Positions 38,930 through 51,700 of a DNA stretch of 64,000 nucleotides are shown piece by piece. The translations under genes and the position numbers were made by a program. Every line of letters starts with the position of its first letter. Position 1 is the first letter of the stretch. The stretch covers positions 54,438,001 through 54,502,000 of the forward strand of contig NC_058368.1 in assembly GCF_018350175.1 (NCBI RefSeq). Direction: 5' to 3'. The stretch is from Felis catus. Lineage: Eukaryota. The notes beneath the pieces are model-generated. The model was not told the DNA's origin. It saw only the letters and a program-made list of their open reading frames with translations, and made no database searches.

Positions 38930-39938
38930 GTCCCAACTTCAAGGAAATAGTATCAACATATATAAAAATGATATTTTTAAAAATGGTTTTACTCCCAAAT
39001 TAATTTTTTGAGACTGTCGTAACTTTGACACTAAAACAGACTAGAATAGTATAAAAAAGGAAACATATAGGCCAATTTCTCTTATGAAAGAAAAAGTTTT
39101 AAACAGCAACAAACCAAATCAATACTGTTTAAAAAAAAAAGATGATTCAGCATGAACAAACTTCATTTATCCCAGAAATGCAACCCTTGGATTAATGTTA
39201 AAACATTGATTCCTATAAGTCACCACAAATGTCAAGACTACTTAGTGTCCCAATATTTGTTTTTTCTTCTTCCACATAGATACAAATTTTGCCAAGAATT
39301 TGCATTTCTAGAAATACAGTATTTTTTTAAATTTATTTAAAATTTTTTAAATGTGAGTATGTACTTTCCCAAAACAGCACACTAATTTCCCAGGCTTCTT
39401 TGCAAATATGTCCTGCCTTGGGTCTAAATTCTGGCCAAAAGAATGTCAGATGGTGTGATGCATTTAACTTCTGTCAGTTCTCCTTAAATAAAAAGGATTT
39501 CACCTTTTTTCCCTTTTTTGCTTGCAAAAAGGTTGCTATCAATACAACACCCTTATAAGCACAACGAGGAATGGAGGCACAAGCAGAAAGAATCTGGAAC
39601 AGATTCTATACCATACTTGCATTCTTCATGTCTGGTTTATTAAATAAGAAAGAAAGAAACTTTTATCTTCTTTAAGCCATTCTTACTTGAGATTCATTTA
39701 CAGTTATTGAATCTACCTACTGTGTAATACACCACATTAATAGCATAAAGAAGAAAACCCATATGAATGTCTCAGATGAGGGAAAAGCATTTAAAAATGT
39801 TCAACATTGATTCATTAAATATCAAATTAGGGATAGAAGAAAATTTCATTCATCTAGTAAAAGGCATAAAATCATCTGCAACATCTACAGTAAATATTAT
39901 TAATTAAGATGAAATGATGCCAGCATTCTTATTAAGAA
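38930..39938 (+). mobile_element. Ancient L1 (L1ME-like) ORF2 fragment split by an LTR
   Basis: tataggccaatttctcttatgaa; atttatcccagaaatgcaa; gaaaagcatttaaaaatgttcaaca. Confidence 0.75.
39230..39731 (+). mobile_element. MLT1-type (ERVL-MaLR) solo LTR
   Basis: atttcccaggcttctttgca...ctaaattctggccaa...aaacttttatcttctttaagcca...taataca. Confidence 0.75.
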
Positions 39939-40400
39939 TGTGGTGGATTAAAGAGGGCCATGAATTGTTTGATATCCTTCCTATCAAGAATCGGGTTCTA
40001 TGTCTCCTGTCCTTGAATCTTGGTAGGCTCTTTGAAGAATATGGCAAAGTGAAACTGCACCACTTTCTGCGCTGAAGCTTTAAGAAACCAGCAGCTTCTT
40101 TTTCCAATACTGTGCAACTCTCTGTCTGGGTGCCCCGGTCACGACGTACGAAGTTGAACTACATTGCGAACAGCTTGCTGAAGAGGGCATGTACCCACAC
40201 TCAGATTGGTAGTCCCACATAAGCTCAGCTGCTCATTCATTCCTGCCAAGACTCCATGTGAGCGAAGCCATTTTGGAAATTCCAGACCTGCCCATCTGCT
40301 AGCAGAACATTAATGAGCAGTCACAGCTAAAATACATGGAACAAAGAATTGCTCAAATTCTTAATACACTTTTAAGAATAACAGAAAAAGTGGTTTTATT
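39939..40400 (+). mobile_element. MLT1G/H-like LTR, 3' end missing
   Basis: Starts tgtggtggattaaagagggcca...ccttgaatct; catgtgagcgaagccattttgga. Confidence 0.85.
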
Positions 40401-40414
40401 CTCTAATTATGAAA

Positions 40415-41610
40415 AAAAATAGACTTTAGTTTCTAGCACGGTTTTAGATTCACCAAAAATTTGGGCAGATAGTATGGAGAGTTCCCATATACCCCTTCCT
40501 CATAGAGTTTCCCCTGTTAGTAACATGCTTTAGTGTGGTGTTTGTTACAATTAATTAATGAGCCCATCAGTAAGCCCATAACGTTCATAGTTTATATTAA
40601 GGCTATTTGTGTTGTATAGTTGTATAGGTCTTGACAAGTACATAATGCCATGTACCCACTATGGAGATACCATGGTTTCACAGCCCTAAAAATCCCCTGT
40701 ATTTTTTCATGTTTACCCTGTTACCCTCCAACTCTTGGAAACCATGAATCTTTTCCTGCCTCTAGAGTTTTGCCTTTTCCAGAATGTCCTATCATTGGAG
40801 TAATACAATACATGGCATTTTCAGACTTACTTCTTTTATTTTGCAATATGCATTTAAGGGTTTCTCCATGTCTTTTCATGGATTGATAGCTCATTTCTTT
40901 TAATCACTGAATGTTTCATTGTATGGGTATACCACAATTTTCCATTCACCAATTGAAGGGCATTTTCTTTGATTCTAGATTTCGGAGATTATAAATAGAT
41001 CTACTGTAAACATTGTGTGAAGGTTTTGGGTCGACATAAGTTTTCAGTTCAGTTGGGTAAATACCTAAGATGTAATAGTTGGTACATATGGTAGGATTAT
41101 GTTTAGTTTTGAAAGAAACTGCCAAGCTATCAGTTGCAAAGACTGAATTCCATCGTGAATTCTCACCATTAGTGAATGATAATTCCTGTTGCTCTCATCT
41201 TCACAAGAATTTGGAGGTGTCAGTTTTTGTATTTTAGTTATTGTCAGTGTTTTGCCTTTTAGCCATTCTAATAGGTGTGTAGTGATAGTTTTTTTTTAAT
41301 TCGAAATTCCCTAATGATATATGATGTTGAAGATCTTTTCATAGGCCTATTTACCATCTATATTATACATCTTCTTTGATGAGGTGTTTCTTCTGTCCAT
41401 ATTTAAATGGGGTTGCTTGTTTTCTTATATTTAAATTGTAAGAATTATTTATATATTTTTGTCAAAGGTATAGAGTCTGTGTCTAAATTGTTTTTTTTTC
41501 TATTCTTTTTTTCCATGTAGATGTAACATTGTTCTAGCACAATTTGTTAAAAAGACAATCCTTTCTCCATTGAATTGTCTTTGCTTATTTATAAAAATCA
41601 GGCTACTCTG
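40415..41610 (-). mobile_element. L1MC-like 3' end
   Basis: aatagacttt...ggttttagattcac...gagagttcccatatacccc followed by the antisense ORF2 C-terminus. Confidence 0.85.
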
Positions 41611-43156
41611 GCCTTGCATCTAGAAACTAGAGACTCACAGGTGGAACGTATGGGCTGTGTGAAGCTAAATGCAGGAGGGTATAATTTTATCAACCAACAC
41701 ATGACACAGAACATCTGTGTGTAAAATCCTGTGGAAATGAAGCATTTTTTGGTCTCAAAGAACATTCAGGATAGGATCATTTTGGCTACTGTGCTGAGAA
41801 TATACTGACAGAGGGAAGGGGGGAAGAGGGAGAAGGAGGAAGTATGAACAAATTATGAAGTTATTGCAAAATTTGTCCATATCATCTAAAATGCCTAATT
41901 TTGGCTCAAGACAAGCCTGATGTAGGAAGACTCTTAATTCACTCCTCCATGGAACATGCCAAATTATGCCTATTTATAGAACAACTCCGCCTGAAAAACT
42001 GAGGGCTGACTGAACAGCCACCAAACAACCAAAGATAGAGCGAGTGGCAAGAGCACAACAAGAGAGATGGAGACATGCCATGGCTTAAAATGGTAACAGG
42101 CATATGCAATCACACCTCCAGCCAGCCAGCAAAAGTCACCAAGCATGCACAGTCTGCACAGGGGACACTATCCATGAGACCACTCCTTCAGCTTTAGGAG
42201 AGGTGGCCATTTCACCCAATCCATAGAAACAAACACAGAAAAGCCAAACAAAATGGACATACAGAGGAATATGCTCCAAAAGAAAGAACAACAACAACCA
42301 CACCTCAGAAAAAAAACTAAATGAAAGAGAAATAAACTGATAAAGAGTTTAAAGCAATGACCATAGAGATATTCATTAGGCTGGAGAAAAGAATGGAAGA
42401 ACTCAGTGAGACCTTCAATTAAGAGATAGAAAATATTAAAAAGATCCAACTATGGCCAAAGAATACAATAACTGAAATTAAAAAAAAACACAGTAGAGGG
42501 AATCAACATTAGGTTAGCAAGTGCAGAAGGATGTGTAAATGATTTGGAAGACAGGGTAATGGAAAGAAAACAAACTGAAGAGTAAAAAGAAAAAAACTTT
42601 TAAAAATGAGAATGAGAATGGATTAACAGATCTCTTGGACAACAGCAGGTGAACACATGTTCATATTATAGGAGTCCCAGAAGAAGAAGAGAGAGAAAAG
42701 TAGAGTAAGCTTATCTGAAGAAATAATAACTGAAAATTTCCCTAGCCAGGGAGGGAAATAGATATCCAAGTCCAAGAAGAATAGAAAGTTAAAAACAAGG
42801 TGAACCCAAGGAGGACCACACCATGGCCCATAATTAAAATGTTAAAGGTTAAAGAGAAAAAGAAAATCTTAAAAGCAGCAAGAGAAATAAAAAGTTACCT
42901 CCAGGAGAAAACATATAAGGCTCTTAGCTGATTTTTCGGCAGAAACGCTGCAAGTCTGAAGGGAGTGTCATAATATATTCAAAGAGCTGAAAGGGGGGGG
43001 GGAGGAAACCCAAAAACCTAAGACCAAGAATACTCTACCTAGCAAGGTTACCATTCAGATGTGAAGGACAAATAAGGAGTTTCCCAGACAAACAAAAGAT
43101 AAAGGAGTTTATCACCACTAAACCAGGCTTACAATAAATGGTAAAGGGACTTCTTT

Positions 43157-43375
43157 TTAAAAAAAAATTTTGAAAGTTTTATTTATTTGAGAGAGTGAGA
43201 AAGCACACACACAAGCAGGGGAGGGGCAGATAGAAGGAGAAACAGAATCCCAAGCAGGCTCTGTACCATCAGCACAGAGCCTGATGTAGGGCTCGAACTG
43301 ACAAATTGTGAGATCATTGACCTGAGCTGAGATTAAGAGTTGGACGCTTCACCAACTGCACCATGCAGACACCCC
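43157..43375 (-). mobile_element. Older SINEC at the end of L1 ORF1
   Basis: TSD aa(a/g)gggacttcttt. Confidence 0.94.
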
Positions 43376-43389
43376 AAGGGGACTTCTTT

Positions 43390-43618
43390 TTTTTTTTTTA
43401 ATTTTTTTTCAATGTTTTTATTTTTTTATTTTTGGGACAGAGAGAGACAGAGCATGAACGGGGGAGGGGCAGAGAGAGAGGGAGACACAGAATCGGAAAC
43501 AGGCTCCAGGCTCCGAGCCATCAGCCCAGAGCCCGACGCGGGGCTGGAACTCCCAGACCGCGAGATCATGACCTGGCTGAAGTCGGGCGCTTAACCGACT
43601 GCGCCACCCAGGCGCCCC
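43390..43618 (-). mobile_element. Young SINEC_Fc inserted into the TSD of the previous SINE
   Basis: CpG-intact; TSD caaggggacttcttt at 43375-43389 and 43619-43633. Confidence 0.98.
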
Positions 43619-44070
43619 CAAGGGGACTTCTTTAAGTGGAAAAGAAATGGCCATAATTAGACATAAAATAATATGAATAAAAAGATGTAAAATATAACAA
43701 CATATACATAAAATGTGGAGAAGGGACTGAAAAAGGAAGAGAAGGGGAAAAAATAAGAAGAAAGATTTTTTCCTTTTTCATTTGTTTTGTTTTTAAGAAT
43801 ATGTTTGCACTTAAATGACTATCACACTATTTATTTGTACTGCTATTTATTTGTGATGTTATATATGGACCTCATGATAACCACACACCCAAAATCTATG
43901 ATAGATACACAAAAAATAAAGAGAAAGAAAGCCAAACAAAACACTATAAATACTCATTGATCACAAAGAAAGAGAGTGAGAGAAAAAGAAAGGAACTAAG
44001 AACTATGAAATGACCAGAAAACAAATTTTTAAATTGGCAATGAGTACATACCTGTTGATAATTATTTACC

Positions 44071-44290
44071 TTTTTTAAATTCTTTTTTAAATGTTTATTT
44101 TTTTTGGGAGAGGGAGAGATAGAGTGTGAGCAGGGGAGGGGCAGAGAGAGAGGGAGACACAGGTCTGAAGCAGGCTCCAGGCTCTGAGCTATTAGCACAG
44201 AGCCTGATGCAGGGCTCAAACTCATGAACCATGAGATCATGACCTGAGCTGAAGTCAGATGCTTAACCAAGTGAGCCACACAGGCACCTC
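44071..44290 (-). mobile_element. SINEC at the start of L1 ORF2
   Basis: Flanks share gataatta(t/c)tt. Confidence 0.95.
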
Positions 44291-44554
44291 TATGGATAAT
44301 TACTTTATATGTAAATGGCCTTAATGTTCCAATCAAAAGATGGAGAGTGGCAGAATGGCTTTAAAAACAAACAAAAACCCAAGACCCATCTGTATGCTGT
44401 CTAGAAGAGACTCACCTCAAACCTAAACACATATACAACTGAAAGTGAAGGGATGAAAAAACATTCACTATGCAAATGGAGGCAAAAAAAAAAAAAAAAA
44501 AAGCCAAGGTAGTAATACTGGTATCAGACAAAATAGACTTTAAAACAAGAGACA

Positions 44555-44768
44555 GGGGCGCCTGGGTGGCTCAGTCGGTTAAGCGTCCAAGTTCAGCTCA
44601 GGTCATGATCTCGCGGTCCGTGAGTTCGAGCCCCGCGTAGGGCTCTGTGCTGACCGCTCAGAGCCTGGAGCCTGTCTCGGATTCTGTGTCTCCCTCTCTA
44701 TCTGACCCTCCCCCATTCATGCTCTGTCTCTCTCTGCCTCAAAAATAAATAAACGTTAAAAAAAATTT
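44555..44768 (+). mobile_element. Young CpG-rich SINEC
   Basis: Perfect TSD aaaacaagagaca at 44542-44554 and 44769-44781. Confidence 0.97.
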
Positions 44769-45194
44769 AAAACAAGAGACAAAGACATTGCACAATGATA
44801 AATGGATCAATCCAACAAAAAGATATAATAATTATAAACATGATAGCACCCAAATTCTTAAAGCAGTTAATAACAAACATAAAGGAAGTAAGCCATAGTA
44901 ATATAATAACAGTAAGGGACTTTAACACTTCATTTACATTAATGGGTAGATCACCCAGACAGAAAATCAATAAGGAAAAAGTATCTTTGAATGACACATT
45001 GGATCAGGTGGACATAACAGATATATACAGAATATTTCATCCCAAACAATGGGATAAACATTCTTTTCAACCACACATGGAACATTTTTCAGAATAGATC
45101 ACATATTAGTCATAAAATAAGCCTCAATAAATTCAAGACAATTGAAATTATACTGTACATCTTTTCTGATGGTAGTATGAAATTAGAAATAAAT

Positions 45195-45197
45195 CAC

Positions 45198-45228
<31 letters not shown>
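45195..45228. repeat. (CA)n microsatellite inside L1 ORF2
   Basis: cacacacgcacacaca... Confidence 0.95.
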
Positions 45229-46212
45229 ACACCAACATGTGCAGACTAAATATTATAGTAAACAATCAATGTATAGTAAATACATGGAGACAAATGAAAA
45301 AGAACACTACAGTCCAAAATCTCTGGAACCCAGCAAAGGCAGTTTGAAGAGGGAAGTATAGCAATACAGGATTACCTCAAGAAACAAGATAAACAATCTA
45401 ACCTTCCACCTAAAGGAACTATACAAAGCCCAAGGTAGGTAGAAGAAAGGAAATAATAAAGATCAGAGAAGGAATACATGACATAGAGACTAAAAAACAA
45501 TAGAAAAAAATCAATGAAGCCAAGAGTTGGTTCTTTGAAAAGGTAAACAAAATAGACAAACCTTAGCCAGATGCATCAAGAAAAAAAGGAAAATGACCCA
45601 AATACATAAAATCAGAAATGAGAGAGGAGAAGTAATAAATGACACCACAGAAATACAAAAGATTGTAAGATATTACTATGACAAATATATGCCAACAGAC
45701 TAGACAAACTAGAAGAAGTGGATAAATTCCTAGAAACATACAATCTTCCAAAACCGAACACCAATTACAAGTAACAAAATTAAATTGATAATCAAAAAAA
45801 CTACCAAAAATTAAAAGCCCAGGATTGGACAGATTCACAAATGATTTCTACCAGACATTTAAAAAGAGTTAACACCCATTCTCCTCAAACTATTCTAAAA
45901 AAAAACTAGAAGAGGAAGAAAAGCTTCCAAATATATTCTATGAAACCAGCATTACCCTGATGCCAAAACCAAAGTTTCCACAAAAAAAAAAAAGAAAGAC
46001 AAAAGAAAAAAAATTACAGGCCAATATCCCTGATGAACATAGATGCAAAATTCCTCAACACAATATTAGTAAACCACATACAACAATACATTGAAAAGAT
46101 CATTCACCATGATCAGATGGGATTTATTTCTGGGATGCAAGGATGGTTCAATATTTACAAATCAGTGTCACATACCACATCAACAAAACAAAGGATAGAA
46201 ATCATATGATCA

Positions 46213-46397
46213 GGGTTCCTGCATGGCTCAGCTGGTTAAGTATCTGACTCTTGATTATGGCTCAGGTCATGACCTCACAGTCATGAGATCAAGCCTCCAC
46301 ACTGGTCCCCATGCTGGGTATGGAGCCTGCTTAAGTTTCTCTCTCTCCCTCTCCCTATGCCCCTCTCGTGCTTGTATGCATGCTCTATCTCTCAAAA
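46213..46397 (+). mobile_element. SINEC with a very short tail
   Basis: Perfect TSD aaatcatatgatca at 46199-46212 and 46398-46411. Confidence 0.95.
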
Positions 46398-48902
46398 AAA
46401 TCATATGATCATCTCAATAGATGTAGAAATAGCATTTGACATGATTCGGTATCCATTCATGATAAAAACTCTCAACAAAATGAGAGAATGTACCTCGACA
46501 CAATAAAGACCATATATAAAAAACCCACAGCTTACATCACTGTCAATAGTGAAAAACTGAAAAAGAACAGAAAAATAAATAAATACCATTCATATTGGTA
46601 AAGAAGTTACACTGTCACTATATATAGATGACCTGATATTATATACAGAAAATCCTAAAGACTCCATTAAAAAAAACTACTAAAAGTAATAAAAAAATTC
46701 AGTAAAGTGACAGGATACAAAATTAATACCCAGAAATTGGTAGCGTTTTTATACACTAATAGCAATGATGCAGAAATAAAATTAAAAAAAAAACTACAAT
46801 TTACAACTGCACCAAATATTATAAAATACCTAGGAATAAACTTAACCAAAGAGGTAAAAGATTTGTACTCTGAAAACTATAAAACACTGGTGAAAGTAAT
46901 TGTCTTCAATTACACACAAATGACACAAACAAATGGAAAGATACTTCATGCTCATAGACTGGAATAATTAATATTGTCAAAATGTACATAGTACCCAAAG
47001 AAATCTACATATTCACTGAAATCCTTATCAAAATACTAAAAGCATTTTCCACAAAATTGGAACAATTAATACTAAAATTTGTATGGAACCACAAAGATCA
47101 TATACAATCAAAGCAATCTGAAGAAAGAAGAATAGCTAAAGGTATCACAATTGCAGATTTCAAGACATACCACCAAGCTACAGTAATCAAAACAGTATGG
47201 TACTGGCACAAAAAATAGACACATAGATCAATGCAACATAATAGAGACCCCAGAAATAAACTCACATTTCTATGATCAATTAATCTATGACAAAGGAGGC
47301 CAGAATATACAATGGGGAGAAGGTAGGCTTTTCAGTAAATGGTGCTGGGAAAACTGGACAGCTACATGCAAAAGAATAAAAAAGGACTACTTTCTAACAC
47401 CATTCACAAAAATAAACTCAAAATAGATTAAAGACCTAAATGTGTGACCTGAAACCATCAAAATTCTAGAAGATAACACAGGAAGTAATTTCTCTAACAT
47501 CAGTCATAGCAACATTTTTCTAGACATGTCACCTAAGGCAAGGGAAACAGAAACAAAAATAAACTATTGAGTCTACATAAAAAGCTTCTGCACAGCAAAG
47601 GGAACAATCAAGAAAACAAAAAGACAATTTACTGAATGCAAGAAGATATTTGCAAATGGTATATGCAACGAAGGGTTAATATCCAAATTATTTAAAGATC
47701 TTACACAACTCAACACCAAACAAACCCAAATAATCTAATTAAAATAGGCAGGGACCTGAACAGACATTTCTCCAAAGAATACATACAGATTGTGTACAGA
47801 CACGTGGAAGTATCATATTCAACATCACTAATCATCAGGGAAATGCAAATCAAAACCACAATGAGCTATCACCTCACTGTGGTCAAAATGGCTAGTATCA
47901 AAACCACAAGAAAGAAGTGTTGGCAAGGATGTGGAGAAAAACCCTCCTGCATTGTTGGTTGGAGGGCAAATGGTTGCAGCCACTGTGGAAAACAGTATGG
48001 AGGTTCCTCAAAAAATTAAAAATAGAAACACCATATGATCCAATAATTCAACTATTGGGTACTTACCCAGGGAAAATGAAAACACTAACTCAAAAAGATA
48101 TATGTACTCTTATTTTTATTGCAACATTATTTACATAGCCAAGACATGAAAGCAACCTAGATGTTCATCAAGACAAATGGATAAGGAAACTGTGGCATAT
48201 ATACACAAAAAATATTACACAGCCATGAAAAAGGAGGAGATTGTGCCATTTCAGACAACATGGAGGATCTAGAGGGTATTATGGTAAGTAAAATAAATCA
48301 GACTGAGAAAGACAGATACCGTATGATTGTAATCATAAATAGAATCTAAAAAAATTAATCAACAAAAAGCAGAATCAGAACTATAAATACAGAGACTCAT
48401 CTGATGGTTGCCAGAGAGGAGGAGGAGTGGGGGGTTGGGAAAAATGGATGAAGGAGAGAAGGACAGTCAATGATACTGTAATAGTGATGTAATGGGGCAC
48501 ATGGTAGTTATACTCACAGTGAACCTAGCATAATGTATAAACTTGTCAAATCACTAAAATATATATCTGAAACTGATGTAACATTGTGTCTCAATTATAC
48601 CCAAGTAAAAAACACTTAAAAAGAAAAATCGGGCTACTTTGAGTAACACCAGAGAGCATGATTGCTGGATTGTATGGTAAAAGTGTTTTCAGTTTTGTAA
48701 GAAACTATCAAATGTCTTACAAAGTGGCTGTACCATTTTGCATTCTCACCAGCAATGAATGAGACTTCTTGTTGTACATCCTTTCCAGTGTTTGGTACTG
48801 TTAACCTTTTATGTTTATAACTTTTATATGATTCTATTTTCTTTCATCTCTTAGTCTATCAATTATATTTTTAAAACTTTTAGGCAGTTACTCCAGATTT
48901 CT

Positions 48903-48904
<2 letters not shown>

Positions 48905-48947
<43 letters not shown>
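48905..48947. repeat. Perfect (AT)n microsatellite
   Basis: About 21 units. Confidence 0.97.
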
Positions 48948-48949
<2 letters not shown>

Positions 48950-49231
48950 CTAACCCTACCTATTGCAATGTAGCTACCTTACAATAGAGTATTTCCAATT
49001 CCTCTCTTCCCTCACTTAACACATTGCTGTTATTTATTTTATTTATACATATGCTACAATCACCTAACACAGAGTTGCTATTTCTCTAAGCAGCTGTCTT
49101 GAAGATCATTAAGAATAAGAAACATAAACATTTTAATTTTATTTATTCCATCTCTGATGCTCTTTTCTTTACATCAATCCAAGTTTCTGACCTATGTAAT
49201 TTTCCTTCTCCCTAAAGAACTTCTTTTATCT

Positions 49232-49435
49232 GGGGCACCAGATAAAAGACTGGGTGGCTCAGTCTGTTGAGAGTCCGACTTTGGCTCACATCATGATCTC
49301 TTGTTCACAAGTTGAGCCCCCATGTCGGGTCTCTGCTGTCAGTGAAGGGTCTGCTTCGGATCCTCTGTCCCCCTCTCTCTGCCTGTCTCCTCCTTGTGCT
49401 CTCTCCTCCTCAAAAATAAGTACACGTTAAAAAAG
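49232..49435 (+). mobile_element. SINEC with an inverted insertion in its head
   Basis: ggggcacc[agataaaagac]tgggtggctc; decayed TSD aaagaa(c/t)ttctt(t/c)ta. Confidence 0.93.
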
Positions 49436-50819
49436 AAAGAATTTCTTCTACCATTTCTTGCAAGGCAGTTCTGCTGGCAGAAACTTTTCTTAGTTGTTGT
49501 TTGAGAAAGCCTTTATTTCTCCTTCACTTTTGAAGAATAATTTCACTAGATGCAGAATTCTGGATTCACTTTTTTCTTTCTTTCAACATTATATTTTACT
49601 CCACCCTCTTCTTGCTGGCATCATTTCTGATCTTTTCCTTGTTCCTCTAAGTAAAGTATCCCTCCTGGCCCAGTATCCCTCCTGACTCCTTTTAGGATTT
49701 ATTTGCACTTTGAATGTATGTGTCTAGGTGCAGATTTTTTGATATTTATTATGCTTGGTGTTCTTAGAGTGCCAGGTCTGTGGTTAGGTGACTGTCATTA
49801 ATTTTGAAAAATTCTCATCCATTATTACTTCAAATATTTTTTGTGCTTCTTTCTTTTCCTTGTTCTGCCTCTATGCACATATATTACACTTTTGTCACAT
49901 AGTTCTTGGATATTATATTCCTTTTTCTCATTTTTTATATAAATTTTAGTTTGGAAAGTTTCTATTGATATATAGTTCAGCAAATTGATTCTTTATTCAT
50001 CTCTGCCCAGTCTACTAAAGAGATTACCAAAGGCATTTTTTTTTGTTACTGTTACACAATTTTTTATGTCTAGCTTTTCTTTTCTTTCTTAGTGTTTCCA
50101 TCCTTCTGCTTTCATTAAATCTGTTCTTACATGCAGGATAATTTTTCTTGGGGGTTCTTAATATGTTAATCATAGTTATTTTAAAATTCCTATCTGAGGA
50201 TTCAAAAAAAATAGCTTTAACGGATTCAAAGATGTTTGCTTTGTCTTCACAGACTGTTTTTACTTGCCTTTTTAACATGTTATGTAAATTTTTGTTGAAA
50301 GCTAGACACGAAGTATCGAATAATAGGAACTGTGGTAATAGGGCTTTTGGTCAGGCTTCATGTGACTCTGGCTGGGAACTAAGCTGTTTCATGCACAATA
50401 TTGCTGTAGATGCCAGAGGCCTTGGTTTCTTATAGTTTCCATGTTTTTGTTTGTTTGTTTTCTTTTGTTTGTTTATTTGTTTGCTTTTGTCCCCTACTGT
50501 CCTTGGGTTTCCTGAAGAACTCCTTCTAAAATAGAGTCTGTATTTTATACCCTCTAAAAGTTGCAATCCACTGTTGTACTAAAGCCCCATTATTGTCTCC
50601 AATATCTTGGGGTTTGGGTAAGCTGATCTTAGCTCTGACTATACATATTTACCTCTCTCTCCAGATCTTGAGGTGGTAGTTTGCCTTGTGACCTCAATTC
50701 TCTTGAGGGACCTATGAAAAATCATTGATTTTGACTTTGTTCATTTCTTTATTTCACTTGTAACAGTGGGAGTTATGACTTCTAAGCTCTTTACATGTTG
50801 GAGCTGATAAGAGAAATCT

Positions 50820-51700
50820 ACCCAGGAGATTTTTTTGAAGTCAGCATAATTTTGACATCAAAATAGACTAGCGCAGCATGCAGAAGGAAACCTATAAGCC
50901 AAAGTGGCCCACAAAAATTGTGAAATATAATAAAATAGTTACTTTAAGGTACTATTTTTTTTTATTTATTTTTGAGACAGAGACAGAGCATGAGCAGGAG
51001 AGAGGCAGAGAGAGAGGGAGACACAGAATCTGAAACAGGCTCCAGGCTCTGAGCTGTCAGCACAGAGCCTGACGCGGGGCTCGAACTCACAGAGTGTGAG
51101 ATCATGACCTGAGATGAAGTCAGACACTTAACTGACTGAGCCACCAAGGCACCCCTAAGCCATTATGTTTTATAGTAGTTTGTTATAAAGCAATAAACAA
51201 CCAAAATACCAATACACAAAAGTATGTTACTGGAATTATAAAGAGAGTTTGGTAAAATTGCTGGATACAAATCAATATGGAAAATCAATTGATCAATCAT
51301 ACATCAGTTGTCATCAATACATCAACTGTAATAAGAAAATGTGACTAGAAAATATTTAAGATAGCAAGAAAACATAAAGAACGTTCAGATAAATCTAATG
51401 AAAGATAGTTAAGCCTTTTACAAAAAAAACATTAAAACTTTACTTAAAGTTAATAATGAAGACCTAACGATGGAGAAATATATCATTAAACATGAAAACT
51501 CAGTATTCTAAAGATATCAATCTCTTCAAATTGGCCCATAGAATTAATAAAGCCCCCTGAAGTTGCCTAGTAAATTCTATAATAAGAGTGAAAGAACAAT
51601 AAGAAAAAGACCTTATTCCTGTGAAAGAAGGAATAGTTTTGGAGGTCTTCTCGCTTGACTTGGAAGAGGTGGTGACTTTTTATATTTATTATTTGATAAT
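50820..51700 (+). mobile_element. Ancient L1ME-like ORF2 fragments
   Basis: gagagtttggtaaaattgctggatacaaatcaatat; gaagacctaa; aaactcagtattctaaagatatcaa. Confidence 0.72.
50955..51155 (-). mobile_element. Carnivore SINE
   Basis: Typical body ending ctgagccaccaaggcacccc. Confidence 0.96.

Larger units (their letters stand above)
41611..48623 (+). mobile_element. Near full-length carnivore L1 with about 290 bp of 5'-transduced DNA and five SINEs
   Basis: L1 start about 41903, ORF1 ATG 42253, ORF2 about 44035-48345, 3'UTR and A tail to 48623; 18-bp TSD at 41593-41610 and 48624-48641. Confidence 0.93.
48642..50815 (-). mobile_element. Ancient L1 (L1MC/L1M4-like) fragments: ORF2 piece, inter-ORF spacer, ORF1 and 5' end
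   Basis: gattgctggattgtatggtaa...; gagaaagcctttatttctccttcacttttgaag; gacttctaagctctttacatgttggagc. Confidence 0.82.
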
